This document shows, piece by piece, positions 35,960 to 45,909 of a DNA stretch of 64,000 bases. Position numbers and translations under genes: made by a program. The notes under the pieces were generated by a model. That model worked only from the letters and a program-made list of their open reading frames with translations, was not told the origin of the DNA and ran no database searches. Source of the stretch: Eubacteriales bacterium (lineage in GTDB: Bacteria; Bacillota; Clostridia; Oscillospirales; CAG-272); NCBI GenBank assembly GCA_045638385.1, contig JAZUBI010000117.1:29398-93397 (forward strand). Reading direction: 5' to 3'. Within the stretch, counting starts at the first letter, position 1; each line of letters begins with the position of its first letter.

Positions 35960-37024
35960 ATGTTTAAAAACAAAAAAGTAACCGTCGCAATGAGCGGCGG
36001 CATAGACAGCGCAGTAGCGGCACTTCTTATAAAAGAGCAAGGATATCTTACAAGCGGCGCAACGATGAAAATATGCGAGAATATAGGGGCTGACGGCAAC
36101 GATCTCTCAGCTGCCGACATCCGAGACGCTAAAAGCATCTGCAATTCGCTCGGTATAGATCACACAGTATATGATCTCAGAGGTGAATTTAACTCTATCG
36201 TTGTAAAGGACTTCATCGACACATATCTTTGCGGCAAGACCCCAAATCCCTGCGTTGTTTGTAACAAATTTCTCAAGTTTGGGAAGCTTATCGAGCTTGA
36301 GCTTATAAAAGGCACAGACTATATTGCAACGGGTCATTACGCAAACATCGATAAAGATGTAAACGGACGGTATCTTATCAAAAAAGCAAAAGACCCGCGC
36401 AAGGATCAAACCTATATGCTGTGGTCTCTCTCGCAGGATCAGCTTTCGCACACGCTTTTCCCTTTAGGTAATCTTACTAAGGCTGAAATACGCGAAATAG
36501 GAGCTAAAAACGGCTTTATAAATGCGCACAAAAGCGACAGCCAGGATATTTGCTTTATACCCAACGGTGATTACGCATCCTTTATTGAAAAAAATATCGG
36601 CTATAAGTATCCCGAAGGAAACTATATTGACGAGAGCGGAAATATTCTCGGTAAGCACAAGGGCATGATTCACTACACCGTAGGACAGCGCAAGGGGCTT
36701 GGAATATCGATGAACAAGCATATATTCGTCATCAACAAAAACGCAGAAACCAATACCGTTACTCTTGCTGATGAGGATAAGCTTTTCTCAAACAAGGTCA
36801 CTCTCAGCGGAATTAACCTTATCCCCTTCGATAAGCTTGACGGACGGATGAGAGTTGAAGCGAAAATAAGATACAGTCAATCCCAAAGTCCCGCATTTGC
36901 GGAGCAAACCGGAGAGGACGAGATCACCTTGACCTTTGATACACCTCAAAGAGCCCCCGCGCCCGGGCAATCTGCCGTTTTATATGACGGAGACTACCTC
37001 ATCGGCGGCGGAATTATATGCTAG
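35960..37024 (+). CDS. mnmA: tRNA 2-thiouridine(34) synthase MnmA
   Basis: PP-loop VAMSGGIDSAVAA, NPCVVCN, KDQTYML and a 354-aa length. Confidence 0.9.
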   Translation: MFKNKKVTVAMSGGIDSAVAALLIKEQGYLTSGATMKICENIGADGNDLSAADIRDAKSICNSLGIDHTVYDLRGEFNSIVVKDFIDTYLCGKTPNPCVVCNKFLKFGKLIELELIKGTDYIATGHYANIDKDVNGRYLIKKAKDPRKDQTYMLWSLSQDQLSHTLFPLGNLTKAEIREIGAKNGFINAHKSDSQDICFIPNGDYASFIEKNIGYKYPEGNYIDESGNILGKHKGMIHYTVGQRKGLGISMNKHIFVINKNAETNTVTLADEDKLFSNKVTLSGINLIPFDKLDGRMRVEAKIRYSQSQSPAFAEQTGEDEITLTFDTPQRAPAPGQSAVLYDGDYLIGGGIIC

Positions 37025-37035
37025 CAAATAACATT

Positions 37036-37077
37036 AAAAAAGTGGCAGAGAGCGCGTATGCTCTCTGCCACTTTTTT
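37036..37077. terminator. bidirectional intrinsic terminator
   Basis: A6, then GTGGCAGAGAGC/GCTCTCTGCCAC 12-bp stem, then T6. Confidence 0.85.
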
Positions 37078-37107
37078 AGCGCATTTTATATGCTCATTTA
37101 AAATCTT

Positions 37108-37887
37108 TTATTTGCTGTTAAATTGGAAGAAAAAGTCCTCTGACTGTACTGAATCGGGGTATTTAGCCTTTAGAAACTGATAGTAGGTATAATAGCATAC
37201 ACGAACCTCAACAACATTTTCTTGCGCCTTTCTGCCATAAACATAAAAATATCTCGCTCCGTCATTGCCAACAAATCCGTTCTCCCCCTCAATTCTTATC
37301 GAGTTATATTCCGGAATCGAAGATGGAGCATTGCCTGACGTATATTTCCAATAATTCAAGATAAAATTACCGTTTTCGTCTAATTTATACATCAGCGCTG
37401 AAGATCCCTCGGATTGTTCGAACTGAAAATAAATATTAGCATCATTTTGGAATGCATGGGCAGGTCTGTCGGAACGATTTACAGTAGGATATAAAACTTG
37501 AACACCTGTCTCGTTTTGATATTCTTGTATTTCGAGATACTCATCCTCGGTAACGATCAAATACCTACATCCGAAATAGTAATACTTATTAATCTTTACG
37601 TTCTCATACATTTTAATTGTGGACATATTGCCGTTATCGTCATACACCTCCCAATAGGTTTCGGTACCTGCATCTATGATAGGGTTAAGTCCCGTCTCCT
37701 CGTAAATAGCGCGATAATACAGCATTTCGTTTTCATTGCAAGCTTTTGTTAAAACAGCCTTTTCGGGCAGCTCGTTTGTTCTGTCAATTCTCTTTTTGCT
37801 ATCTTCCTTTTTACCGCAACCCGATACCGACGCAACAGATGCTACCAATAAAGCAAAAACAAGCGTGAGGATTATTATTCTCTTCAT
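37108..37887 (-). CDS. lipoprotein, unknown function
   Basis: Lipobox SVSGCGKK. RBS TAGGAGAA. Confidence 0.6.
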   Translation of the reverse strand: MKRIIILTLVFALLVASVASVSGCGKKEDSKKRIDRTNELPEKAVLTKACNENEMLYYRAIYEETGLNPIIDAGTETYWEVYDDNGNMSTIKMYENVKINKYYYFGCRYLIVTEDEYLEIQEYQNETGVQVLYPTVNRSDRPAHAFQNDANIYFQFEQSEGSSALMYKLDENGNFILNYWKYTSGNAPSSIPEYNSIRIEGENGFVGNDGARYFYVYGRKAQENVVEVRVCYYTYYQFLKAKYPDSVQSEDFFFQFNSK

Positions 37888-37916
37888 AAATATGTTCTCC
37901 TAATTTTTATTAACTC

Positions 37917-38843
37917 TTAAAGCATAACACTCATATTTCTGATCCTTGAATCCTTAATCGTACCGTTTATCGAATACGCATGATCCTCGAGAAATTTCGA
38001 CTTTGAGGACGTTACATTCTGACGCAAAAGCTCCTCGATAACATCAGCGCAAAAAATATCGATTCCCTTTTTTATTTCACCTTTTTCGCTGTTGGGTGTA
38101 TCAATTATCCTCTCAAGCAAGCTTGATCTGTCACCCATAACATTCAGATCGCGCATAGCCCTAAATGCCCACTTATAGTACGGCATATGAGCCTTATTGA
38201 GAAGAAAAACAATTTCAACAGCATTTTTCACAAAATCGTGAAGTGCGATCCTCGCCGCGCCGCTTTCGCCGTGAGAGAGGCACCGCTCGAAATTATACTG
38301 ACCGGTTTGAGCCATATAAAAGGCGCAGGATGCTATTTTTTTAAGTCTCACATCCTCGGGCATTCCGTTTTTGATCTCGTTGCGTATTCTCGTAAATTCT
38401 CCAAGCGGATCGTAAAAGACCTCTCCATTCGTGGCTTCGGCTAAAAAATATGACGGGGTATGTAACCAATCAAGCAAGCTCTCCGGAGAGCCTTCGCAAC
38501 CGGTATACTGCCTGTAAAATTCCGAGATAGTCATAACACCCTTAGTGCCGCCACCGCATAAGCTTGAATTATGAAGCTTAACGCCGTACAGATCCTTTGG
38601 GAGCTTCTGATATGCTCTGTAAAGCTTAAAACCGAATTCTCTTTCATCGCTATCTGTCAGCCAAATACAAAACGAAGGCTCAAAATCATGATCGCGAGAG
38701 ACATCATCGTCAAATCCGTAGCATTCTGAGCCGTGACCGACAAACCCAACGGCAATTCTGTCTCTGAATTCACCGAATTCAGCCTCGATCATAGGTTTTC
38801 CGTATTCCTCGTAGAATGAACGAGAGATCTCAATTCCCCTCAT
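37917..38843 (-). CDS. DUF4037-like protein (Pol-beta nucleotidyltransferase-like N-terminus)
   Basis: The N-terminus MRGIEISRSFYEEYGKPMIEAEF...VGHGSECYGFDDDVSRDHDFEP matches my memory of the DUF4037 family. GS..(x)..DDD resembles an NTase signature. Confidence 0.6.
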   Translation of the reverse strand: MRGIEISRSFYEEYGKPMIEAEFGEFRDRIAVGFVGHGSECYGFDDDVSRDHDFEPSFCIWLTDSDEREFGFKLYRAYQKLPKDLYGVKLHNSSLCGGGTKGVMTISEFYRQYTGCEGSPESLLDWLHTPSYFLAEATNGEVFYDPLGEFTRIRNEIKNGMPEDVRLKKIASCAFYMAQTGQYNFERCLSHGESGAARIALHDFVKNAVEIVFLLNKAHMPYYKWAFRAMRDLNVMGDRSSLLERIIDTPNSEKGEIKKGIDIFCADVIEELLRQNVTSSKSKFLEDHAYSINGTIKDSRIRNMSVML

Positions 38844-39615
38844 AAATCTTCTCCACCAAAGCTTTCAGCTTGTTTTCATAATCAAAGTAGCCGAAGTAAC
38901 CGAAGGATGGGTAGCATTTCGAGCATAAAAACGCAAAATTTCCGTCGTGCCCGTTTTCATCTGAAGAAAGGAGAGTCCACGCGCACTCCATATGCTCATA
39001 CACCCTTTCGTCAAACATATCCGCATCGTAATAAAGATGCGCGAGATTGACGTGCGTTACAGCCGCCTCCCCAAAGTATCCACCGCGACTTTCAAGAATC
39101 TTCAGAGCCGAATAGCAAGCCTTTTCAGCATTTTCAATTTCTCCAAGATCCTTATATGCGCTTGAAATGTTGTTGTAAAAAGCCGCAAGCTTATAGTCAT
39201 CCCACGGCAATGTAGAATCATATATGGCCTTTGCCATATCATAATACTTGATCGCCTCTGCCGCCTCTCCAAACGCCTTGAGAGTTGTCGCGCCGTTGAG
39301 ATAAATTGTACCCGATGCCTCGCTATTTTCAACACCAAGCTCCTCTATAAGCGCAAACGCCTCCCTTACGGCATGCAATGCGCGATCCTTTTCGCCCGTG
39401 CGTCTGAAATAACCGATCTGCTCGTTCAAAATCTCAAGAAGACCCCTTTTATCGTGTATGATATGTGCCTCACGCTCCCAATAATCAAGAAGCGCGCCAA
39501 CTCCATGAAGGTCGTTTTTATCAAAAAGCTCATCGAGCTTCTGCATCACCCTAGCAATCGGAACATATGCGTAGGATTCCTTTGAGCAAGACGAGCACTT
39601 TGCAAACTCACTCAT
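38830..39615 (-). CDS. TPR-repeat protein
   Basis: Repeated A..YYN....Y...G....A helical-repeat pattern. Its 3' end overlaps the DUF4037 gene start by 14 nt. Confidence 0.55.
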   Translation of the reverse strand: MSEFAKCSSCSKESYAYVPIARVMQKLDELFDKNDLHGVGALLDYWEREAHIIHDKRGLLEILNEQIGYFRRTGEKDRALHAVREAFALIEELGVENSEASGTIYLNGATTLKAFGEAAEAIKYYDMAKAIYDSTLPWDDYKLAAFYNNISSAYKDLGEIENAEKACYSALKILESRGGYFGEAAVTHVNLAHLYYDADMFDERVYEHMECAWTLLSSDENGHDGNFAFLCSKCYPSFGYFGYFDYENKLKALVEKIYEGN

Positions 39616-39616
39616 C

Positions 39617-39928
39617 TCAAAATTCCTTGATCTCGCTGTCTGTAACTGCCTGCGCAGATCTTACAGCGCCAATAAACCCCGCAACCTTAACGTGTTCGGG
39701 ATGAACGCGATATATATTAAGTGTTTCAAGAGATTCAAATTCGGTAATATAGATCATATCAAAGGATCTCTCCGAACGAAGAACGTCTCTCTCAACGCTC
39801 ATCGACTTAATCTCGGGAATAACCTTCTTAAGATGAGCAAACTTCTCTTCGATCGCGCTCATTATTTCATCCTTATTCATTCCGTCGTATTCATCGACGA
39901 ATTTCCACATAATTACATGTCTTATCAT
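39617..39928 (-). CDS. Dabb (stress-responsive alpha/beta-barrel) family protein
   Basis: MIRHVIMWKF...HPEHVKV pattern and a 103-aa length. RBS AGGAGG. Confidence 0.7.
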   Translation of the reverse strand: MIRHVIMWKFVDEYDGMNKDEIMSAIEEKFAHLKKVIPEIKSMSVERDVLRSERSFDMIYITEFESLETLNIYRVHPEHVKVAGFIGAVRSAQAVTDSEIKEF

Positions 39929-40051
39929 ATAAGCCTCCTAAAAGTAATTTATTATGAAAATTATATCACACGCGCACCGTCTTGTCAATAACAAGAATAT
40001 AGTCTCCTACATAAAATTACACCGAAAATATGTATAATTTGCCGTAATCTA

Positions 40052-40080
40052 TTGACTTTTTTAAGTGATTGTTGTATAAT
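40052..40080 (+). promoter_or_regulatory. SigA-type promoter (TTGACT-17-TATAAT)
   Basis: TTGACTtttttaagtgattgttgTATAAT. Confidence 0.7.
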
Positions 40081-40104
40081 ATATGTTCATAATAAACGAA
40101 GGAG

Positions 40105-41565
40105 GTGACCGTTTTGCTTGATTCCTTTTACGCCAATATTTCCCCAACTGCGACTACAATAATTGCAATTGCAATAATTTTGTTCTGCGGATTCGCAATG
40201 ACAAGAATTACAAAGCTATTAAAGCTTCCGAGCGTAACCGCCTATATTGTTGTCGGAATAATAATCGGTCCCTTCTGCTTTGACCTTGTTCCCGACAATA
40301 TTATCGAAGGCACAGACTTTATATCGGATATCGCCTTAGCCTTCATCGCCTTCAGCGTGGGAGAATTCTTCAAGCTTAAGGCGCTCAAGAAAAACGCCGC
40401 CAAAACCGTTGTTATCACCTTGTCCGAGGCTCTTTTGGCTTCAGCCGTGGTATTTATACTTACCTTTGTGATTCTGCGACTTGATATTGTTCTCTGCGTT
40501 GTGCTCTCTGCGCTTGCGGCGGCAACCGCTCCTACATCAACCGCTATGACGATCCGTCACACAAAGGCAAAGGGTAACTTCGTTGATACGCTTCTTCAGG
40601 TAATCGCGCTTGACGACGTTTTGAGCCTTATAGCATTCAGTATTGCACTCTCAATTGCCGGCGCGTTTCTGTCCGATGGCGGCACGCTTTCCGCATCAAC
40701 GGTATTGCTCCCGATCGTCATTAACATCGGAGTAATGGCACTCGGCGGATTTTTCGGATTTTTCCTAAAGGTATTAATGCCCCAAAGACGCACCGTAGAT
40801 AACAGACTTATCATTTTGATAAGCATGCTCTTTTTGTTCTGCGGGATCTGCGCTTTGCTTGACATTTCCCCTCTTCTCGGCTGTCTTGCAATGGGGATGG
40901 TATATATTAACGTCACGCAGGACGATAAGCTCTTCAAGCAAATAAATTACTTCAGTCCCCCGATAATGCTGATATTCTTCGTTCGTTCGGGACTTAATCT
41001 AAGACTGAACACCCTCTTTACACCCACAGGAAACACCGGCAGTGTATCGATAATAATGATTGCGCTTCTCTACTTTATTGTGAGAATGATAGGAAAGTAC
41101 TGCGGTGCATACCTTGGCGCAAGCGTTATGAAGGCAGATAAAAACGTTAAAAATTATCTTGGTCTCGCTTTGATTCCGCAGGCAGGCGTTGCAATCGGTC
41201 TTGCCGCTATGGCCGCAAGAACTCTTGGAGGAGAGGTCGGAGCAAATCTGCAAACTATTATCCTTGCTTCAAGTATTCTTTACGAGCTTATAGGCCCTGC
41301 ATGTGCAAAGCTTTCTCTCTATCTCTCGGGATCTATTTCCGACAAGATAGAGGATATTGCGCCGGTTGTGACAGTTGACAGCGAAGGAAAACCGAGGCGC
41401 GAGGTAGACGTGCTTATTGAGAGAATACAAAAAATACGCTCCGAGATTCCCGAACGAGAAAAGCACGAGCCATCTCCGGAGGAGCAAGCCTTTACCGAAG
41501 CATACGAGGAGCAGTACGAAGCCATGTATGAGCTCCACAGAAGCAGAATGAGAAGAAGAAAATAA
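40105..41565 (+). CDS. cation:proton antiporter (CPA/Kef-type Na+/H+ exchanger family) with charged C-terminal tail
   Basis: About 12 TM segments; LKLPSVTAYIVVGIIIGP is typical of the CPA N-terminus. The GTG at 40105 abuts the GGAGG, so the TTG at 40114 (8-nt spacing) may be the true start. Confidence 0.7.
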   Translation: MTVLLDSFYANISPTATTIIAIAIILFCGFAMTRITKLLKLPSVTAYIVVGIIIGPFCFDLVPDNIIEGTDFISDIALAFIAFSVGEFFKLKALKKNAAKTVVITLSEALLASAVVFILTFVILRLDIVLCVVLSALAAATAPTSTAMTIRHTKAKGNFVDTLLQVIALDDVLSLIAFSIALSIAGAFLSDGGTLSASTVLLPIVINIGVMALGGFFGFFLKVLMPQRRTVDNRLIILISMLFLFCGICALLDISPLLGCLAMGMVYINVTQDDKLFKQINYFSPPIMLIFFVRSGLNLRLNTLFTPTGNTGSVSIIMIALLYFIVRMIGKYCGAYLGASVMKADKNVKNYLGLALIPQAGVAIGLAAMAARTLGGEVGANLQTIILASSILYELIGPACAKLSLYLSGSISDKIEDIAPVVTVDSEGKPRREVDVLIERIQKIRSEIPEREKHEPSPEEQAFTEAYEEQYEAMYELHRSRMRRRK

Positions 41566-41583
41566 TTTGAAAGGCGAAATATC

Positions 41584-42327
41584 ATGTTATCAACTATTAA
41601 TTTGTTTGAAGTCTCCGACCCCATAAGCAAGCTTCTCGGTGATTGGGCATCCAAGCTTGATATATGGTCGATAGTTTTAAGAATATCTGTATCAATACTT
41701 TTCGCGGCAGTAATCGGATGGGAAAGATCAACGAAAAGACACGCCGCAGGACTCCGCACGTTTATGTTGGCATCGCTTTCGGGAACGATCGCAATGCTGC
41801 TTGATGTTTTCACGATGCAACAATTCGGTAGCGGTTTCCCGATAATCTCAGCCGCATTCGTTATCGGAATTGCGATTATCAGCTCAAATTCGATCCTTTA
41901 CAGCTCAAAAAGCCAGATTAAGGGTCTTACGACATCGGTAGGTCTTTGGACGGTCGGAATTTCGGGCTTGCTTATCGGCGCAGGATTTTATACAGTTTCA
42001 CTTATAAGCTTTGTCGCTATGATATGCTGTCTCTCGCTCTTCCCCTCTCTTGAAAGACATTTCAAAAACAAATCAAACCATTTTGAAATACACCTTGAGC
42101 TCAAGCACAAGGACGACCTTCAGGATTTCGTAACAACGATCCGTCAGCTCGGATTGCGCATTGATGATATCGAGGTCAACCCAGCATATATCAATTCGGG
42201 ACTTAGCGTTTACTCGATAGCTCTAACAATACAGAGCGGAGAGCTTAAAAAGTACAAAACACACACCGAAATAATCGAGGCCTTGAGATCTATCGAATAT
42301 ATCCATCACGTTGAAGAAATGACATAA
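41584..42327 (+). CDS. MgtC/SapB family membrane protein
   Basis: LFAAVIGWERSTKRHAAGLRTFML motif, followed by a C-terminal ACT-like domain. Confidence 0.75.
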   Translation: MLSTINLFEVSDPISKLLGDWASKLDIWSIVLRISVSILFAAVIGWERSTKRHAAGLRTFMLASLSGTIAMLLDVFTMQQFGSGFPIISAAFVIGIAIISSNSILYSSKSQIKGLTTSVGLWTVGISGLLIGAGFYTVSLISFVAMICCLSLFPSLERHFKNKSNHFEIHLELKHKDDLQDFVTTIRQLGLRIDDIEVNPAYINSGLSVYSIALTIQSGELKKYKTHTEIIEALRSIEYIHHVEEMT

Positions 42328-42333
42328 TAAAAA

Positions 42334-42358
42334 AGGACGAATTTTTCGTCCTTTTTTT
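42334..42358 (+). terminator. intrinsic terminator
   Basis: AGGACGAA/TTCGTCCT stem followed by T7. Confidence 0.8.
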
Positions 42359-42368
42359 CAACTCGGTA

Positions 42369-42397
42369 GTGACAAATCTATTAAAGTATGTTATAAT
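42369..42397 (+). promoter_or_regulatory. SigA-type promoter (GTGACA-17-TATAAT, TG-extended)
   Basis: GTGACAaatctattaaagtatgtTATAAT. Confidence 0.6.
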
Positions 42398-42427
42398 AAA
42401 TTAAGAATATCTAAAAGCGAGGGACAT

Positions 42428-43786
42428 ATGGAAATCATAACTATCATTTTATCACTCATCACACTCATCGTTTCCGCAATTTGTCTTATATTTGTCTATT
42501 CTCTCTCAAAGCAAGCGGGAAACGACGATAAAAGCAACAAAACCAATGATAAGATAGACAATCTGCGCGAAAGCATATATAATGAGTTTTCAAGAAACAG
42601 AAGTGAGCAGAACCAATCTGCACTTACGCAAAGACAGGAGCTCGACCAAAAAATTGAGAACATCAATAAAAGTCTTGAAAACCTGAACAAAACCAATCAA
42701 GAGCAGCTTGTAAAGATATTGCGCGAGGTATCCGTGGGTCTTGCTACTATCCGCGAAAAGAACAACGAGGCAAGCGAAAAGCAAAATGCGAGAATAGAGT
42801 CATCGCTTGAAAAGATACGCGAAAGCAACGAGCAGAAGCTTGAACAAATGCGCACCGTGGTTGATGAAAAGCTTACCTCAACACTTACGCAAAGGCTTGA
42901 CAGCTCGTTTAAGACAGTATCTGAGCAGCTTGAAAATCTCCATACCGCTCTTGGCGAGATGAAGGAAATGTCAGGCGGCATTACCGAGCACGTAACCTCG
43001 CTTAACCGTGTCCTCACAAACGTAAAGGCAAGAGGAACGTGGGCCGAGGTACAGCTTAAAAATATACTCGATCAAACTATACCGAATATGTACGTTGAGA
43101 ACTACTCACCAAAGTCATCAAGCAAGGACAGAGTTGAGTTTGCCATCAAGATCCCCTCGGGCGAGTATAATTCCGAGATCACATATCTCCCGCTTGACTC
43201 TAAGCTTCCTATGGAGGATTACGTTCGTCTTTGCGCCGCGGCTGACCGTGCCGATCCCGAAGCTCTTGCCGCCGCAAGAAAGGCTCTTGAGGACGTTGTA
43301 CTCCGCGAGGCAAGAGACATCAATAAATACATAAACGTTCCGAAAACAACTCCCTTCGCCATTATGTTCCTTGCAAGCGAGGGACTTTACGCCGAGATCG
43401 CCGCATCCAAAAACGGACTTCCCGAGAGACTTCAAACTGAGTTTAACATAATGATTGCAGGTCCCTCGACTATTATCGCGCTTCTCAATTCCCTCTCGCT
43501 CGGATTCAGGATCGCCGCTATAAATGAAAAGGCAACAGAGGTCAGAAAGATACTTTCTGCCGTTAAGTCACAGTACGATACGTTCGGTGGTGTACTTGCA
43601 AAGGCAAAGAAGAAGATCGATGAAGCGGGCAAAACGCTCGACGATGCTCAGCACAGAAACGACATGATACAGAAAAAGCTCCGCTCAATAGAGGCTCTTG
43701 ATGCGGCAGAATCAAATTCTGTTCTCGAAATTGAGGCTTCGTCATACACTCTTGAAGAAATCGACTCTTCAACTGAAGAAAATTAA
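42428..43786 (+). CDS. rmuC: DNA recombination protein RmuC
   Basis: N-terminal TM segment, long coiled coil, then VKARGTWAEVQLKNILD and the C-terminal RmuC nuclease-like region. Confidence 0.8.
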   Translation: MEIITIILSLITLIVSAICLIFVYSLSKQAGNDDKSNKTNDKIDNLRESIYNEFSRNRSEQNQSALTQRQELDQKIENINKSLENLNKTNQEQLVKILREVSVGLATIREKNNEASEKQNARIESSLEKIRESNEQKLEQMRTVVDEKLTSTLTQRLDSSFKTVSEQLENLHTALGEMKEMSGGITEHVTSLNRVLTNVKARGTWAEVQLKNILDQTIPNMYVENYSPKSSSKDRVEFAIKIPSGEYNSEITYLPLDSKLPMEDYVRLCAAADRADPEALAAARKALEDVVLREARDINKYINVPKTTPFAIMFLASEGLYAEIAASKNGLPERLQTEFNIMIAGPSTIIALLNSLSLGFRIAAINEKATEVRKILSAVKSQYDTFGGVLAKAKKKIDEAGKTLDDAQHRNDMIQKKLRSIEALDAAESNSVLEIEASSYTLEEIDSSTEEN

Positions 43787-43800
43787 AAAAGGATATTACT

Positions 43801-45024
43801 ATGTTACTTTGTGCAACATGCCTTTTCGGGCTTGAAAAGCCGCTCGGAGAGGAAATAGATGCTCTCGGACTTAAACGTGTCGAAACGATAGACGGTCGCG
43901 TTATTTTCGAGGGCGAGGAAAAGGACATTCCTCGCGTTAATATAAATTTACGTCTTGCCGAGCGTGTTTTTATCGTGCTCGGAAGATTTCACGCCGAAAG
44001 CTTCTCTGAGCTTTTCGATGGCACCTATTCTCTGCCGTGGCATGAATGGGTAGGAAAGAATGATGAATTCCCCGTAACCGGACATTCAATAAAAAGCAAG
44101 CTCACAAGCATTCCCGACTGTCAAAGCATTGTGAAAAAAGCGGTTGTAAATCGACTTTCTGCCGAGTACGGAATATCGTGGTTTGAAGAAACCGGCGTGA
44201 AATACAAGATCGAGTTCTTCATATTGAAGGACGAAGCAATGCTTATGATAGACACATCGGGAGTTGCCCTGCACAAAAGAGGCTACCGCCCCGATGCGGG
44301 AGCCGCTCCGCTCCGCGAAACACTTGCCGCCGCTATTGCGCTGACAGCAAGACCGAAGGATGAGGTGTTGCTTTGGGATCCCTTCTGCGGCTCAGGCACT
44401 ATCGCAATCGAAGCCGCTATGATCGCCCGCAAGATCGCTCCGGGACTCCACCGCGAGTTTTCTTCCGAAAAATTCCCGCGCATCAGCACAGAAATGTGGA
44501 CTAATGCAAGAGAAGAAGCGGCATCGTTTGAGATCAAGGACTCAAAATTCGAGGTATGGGCATCCGACATTGACGAGGATATTCTTGACGTCGCATACGA
44601 AAACGCTCTGCGCGCAGGCGTTGAAGAAAACCTCAACATCTTCCACGCAGATGCAAGAACAATTAAAAAGCCGAGTGATCGCAGGGGTACTATAATATGC
44701 AATCCCCCTTACGGCGAGAGAATGGGCGAGATGCGCGAGATTGAGCAGCTTTACCGTGAGATAGGTCGCAACTTCAAGAGCTTTGACCCGTGGCACATTT
44801 ACGTCATAACCTCATGCGAATACTTTGAAAAGCTTTACGGCAGACGTGCTGATAAGATACGCAAGCTTTATAACGGTATGCTTCCCTGCAATTTCTACCA
44901 ATTTTTCAAGCCCGCAGAGTTCAGAGATACTCAGCCACAGCACAAGGGAAACAACAACCATTATAATAATTATAACAAGAATAAACCCTTTGACAAAACG
45001 AAAAAGCCATATAAACCCAAATAA
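43801..45024 (+). CDS. THUMP-domain class I SAM-dependent RNA methyltransferase (RlmL/YpsC-like)
   Basis: N-terminal THUMP-like fold, DPFCGSGTI SAM motif, and NPPYGER catalytic motif. Has a basic N/K-rich tail. Confidence 0.75.
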   Translation: MLLCATCLFGLEKPLGEEIDALGLKRVETIDGRVIFEGEEKDIPRVNINLRLAERVFIVLGRFHAESFSELFDGTYSLPWHEWVGKNDEFPVTGHSIKSKLTSIPDCQSIVKKAVVNRLSAEYGISWFEETGVKYKIEFFILKDEAMLMIDTSGVALHKRGYRPDAGAAPLRETLAAAIALTARPKDEVLLWDPFCGSGTIAIEAAMIARKIAPGLHREFSSEKFPRISTEMWTNAREEAASFEIKDSKFEVWASDIDEDILDVAYENALRAGVEENLNIFHADARTIKKPSDRRGTIICNPPYGERMGEMREIEQLYREIGRNFKSFDPWHIYVITSCEYFEKLYGRRADKIRKLYNGMLPCNFYQFFKPAEFRDTQPQHKGNNNHYNNYNKNKPFDKTKKPYKPK

Positions 45025-45036
45025 ACAGGAGAAATT

Positions 45037-45909
45037 ATGCTTAATCTTTGTGATCCAAGAACAATTAAACAGGTCATGGACATGTTTGGACTCAATTTCA
45101 AAAAGGAGTTCGGACAAAACTTTCTTACCGATAGCATGACGGTAGAGGATATTGCCGATGCGTGCAATGACGATAAGGATATTACCGTTGTTGAAATAGG
45201 ACCCGGTATAGGATGTATGACCCGCGAGCTCTGCGAGAGATATTCGCGCGTGATCGCATTTGAGATCGACGACGGTCTCATTCCCGTATTAAAATACACC
45301 CTTGACGGATACAAAAATGTCACCGTTATAAACGAAGACATTATGAAGGCTGATATTGACAGCATTCTTGCCCCCTATTTTGAAATGGGAAAGGTAGCTG
45401 TCTGCGCAAATCTGCCCTACTACATCACAACGCCAATACTTATGAAGCTTATTGAGTCAAAGCTTCCCTTTGATTCTATCACAGTCATGGTACAGACAGA
45501 GGTAGCGCAAAGACTTGCGGCAGGAGCAGGAAATAAGAATTGCGGTGCGATAACCGCCGCAATAGATTATTACGGTGATGCTAATATGCTCTTTACGGTC
45601 AGCGCAGACAAATTTATGCCCCCTCCGAAGGTCACGTCAAGCGTAGTTCGCATCGATCTTTGGAAGGACAAGCCTATCAAGCCGATAGACGAAGCGCTCT
45701 TCTTCAGAACCATCAAGGCAGCATTTGAGCAAAGAAGAAAAACTCTCCCCAATTCTCTCTCAACCGGTTTCCCCGAGATCCCCAAGGAAAGACTTTCGGA
45801 AATCATCGTTTCCTGCGGACACCGTCCCGATGTGAGAGGTGAAAAGCTCACAGTTGCTCATTTCTGCGCTTTGTCAGACGCAATTTATGAGGAATTGAAA
45901 ACAAAATGA
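45037..45909 (+). CDS. rsmA: 16S rRNA (adenine1518/1519-N6)-dimethyltransferase RsmA/KsgA
   Basis: FGQNFLTD, VEIGPGIG and ANLPYYITTPI motifs. Confidence 0.9.
   Translation: MLNLCDPRTIKQVMDMFGLNFKKEFGQNFLTDSMTVEDIADACNDDKDITVVEIGPGIGCMTRELCERYSRVIAFEIDDGLIPVLKYTLDGYKNVTVINEDIMKADIDSILAPYFEMGKVAVCANLPYYITTPILMKLIESKLPFDSITVMVQTEVAQRLAAGAGNKNCGAITAAIDYYGDANMLFTVSADKFMPPPKVTSSVVRIDLWKDKPIKPIDEALFFRTIKAAFEQRRKTLPNSLSTGFPEIPKERLSEIIVSCGHRPDVRGEKLTVAHFCALSDAIYEELKTK

Noticed and set aside
41319-41813. 164-aa minus-strand ORF bridging the antiporter 3' end and the MgtC 5' end
   Set aside because: It is antisense to two plus-strand genes with good RBSs and family motifs. It has no RBS of its own.
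42428-45024. RmuC plus a THUMP methyltransferase as a restriction-modification-like pair
   Set aside because: The methyltransferase has THUMP plus NPPYGER, typical of rRNA/tRNA methyltransferases, and is followed by rsmA. RmuC has its own promoter and the usual architecture. No specificity or restriction subunit is present.
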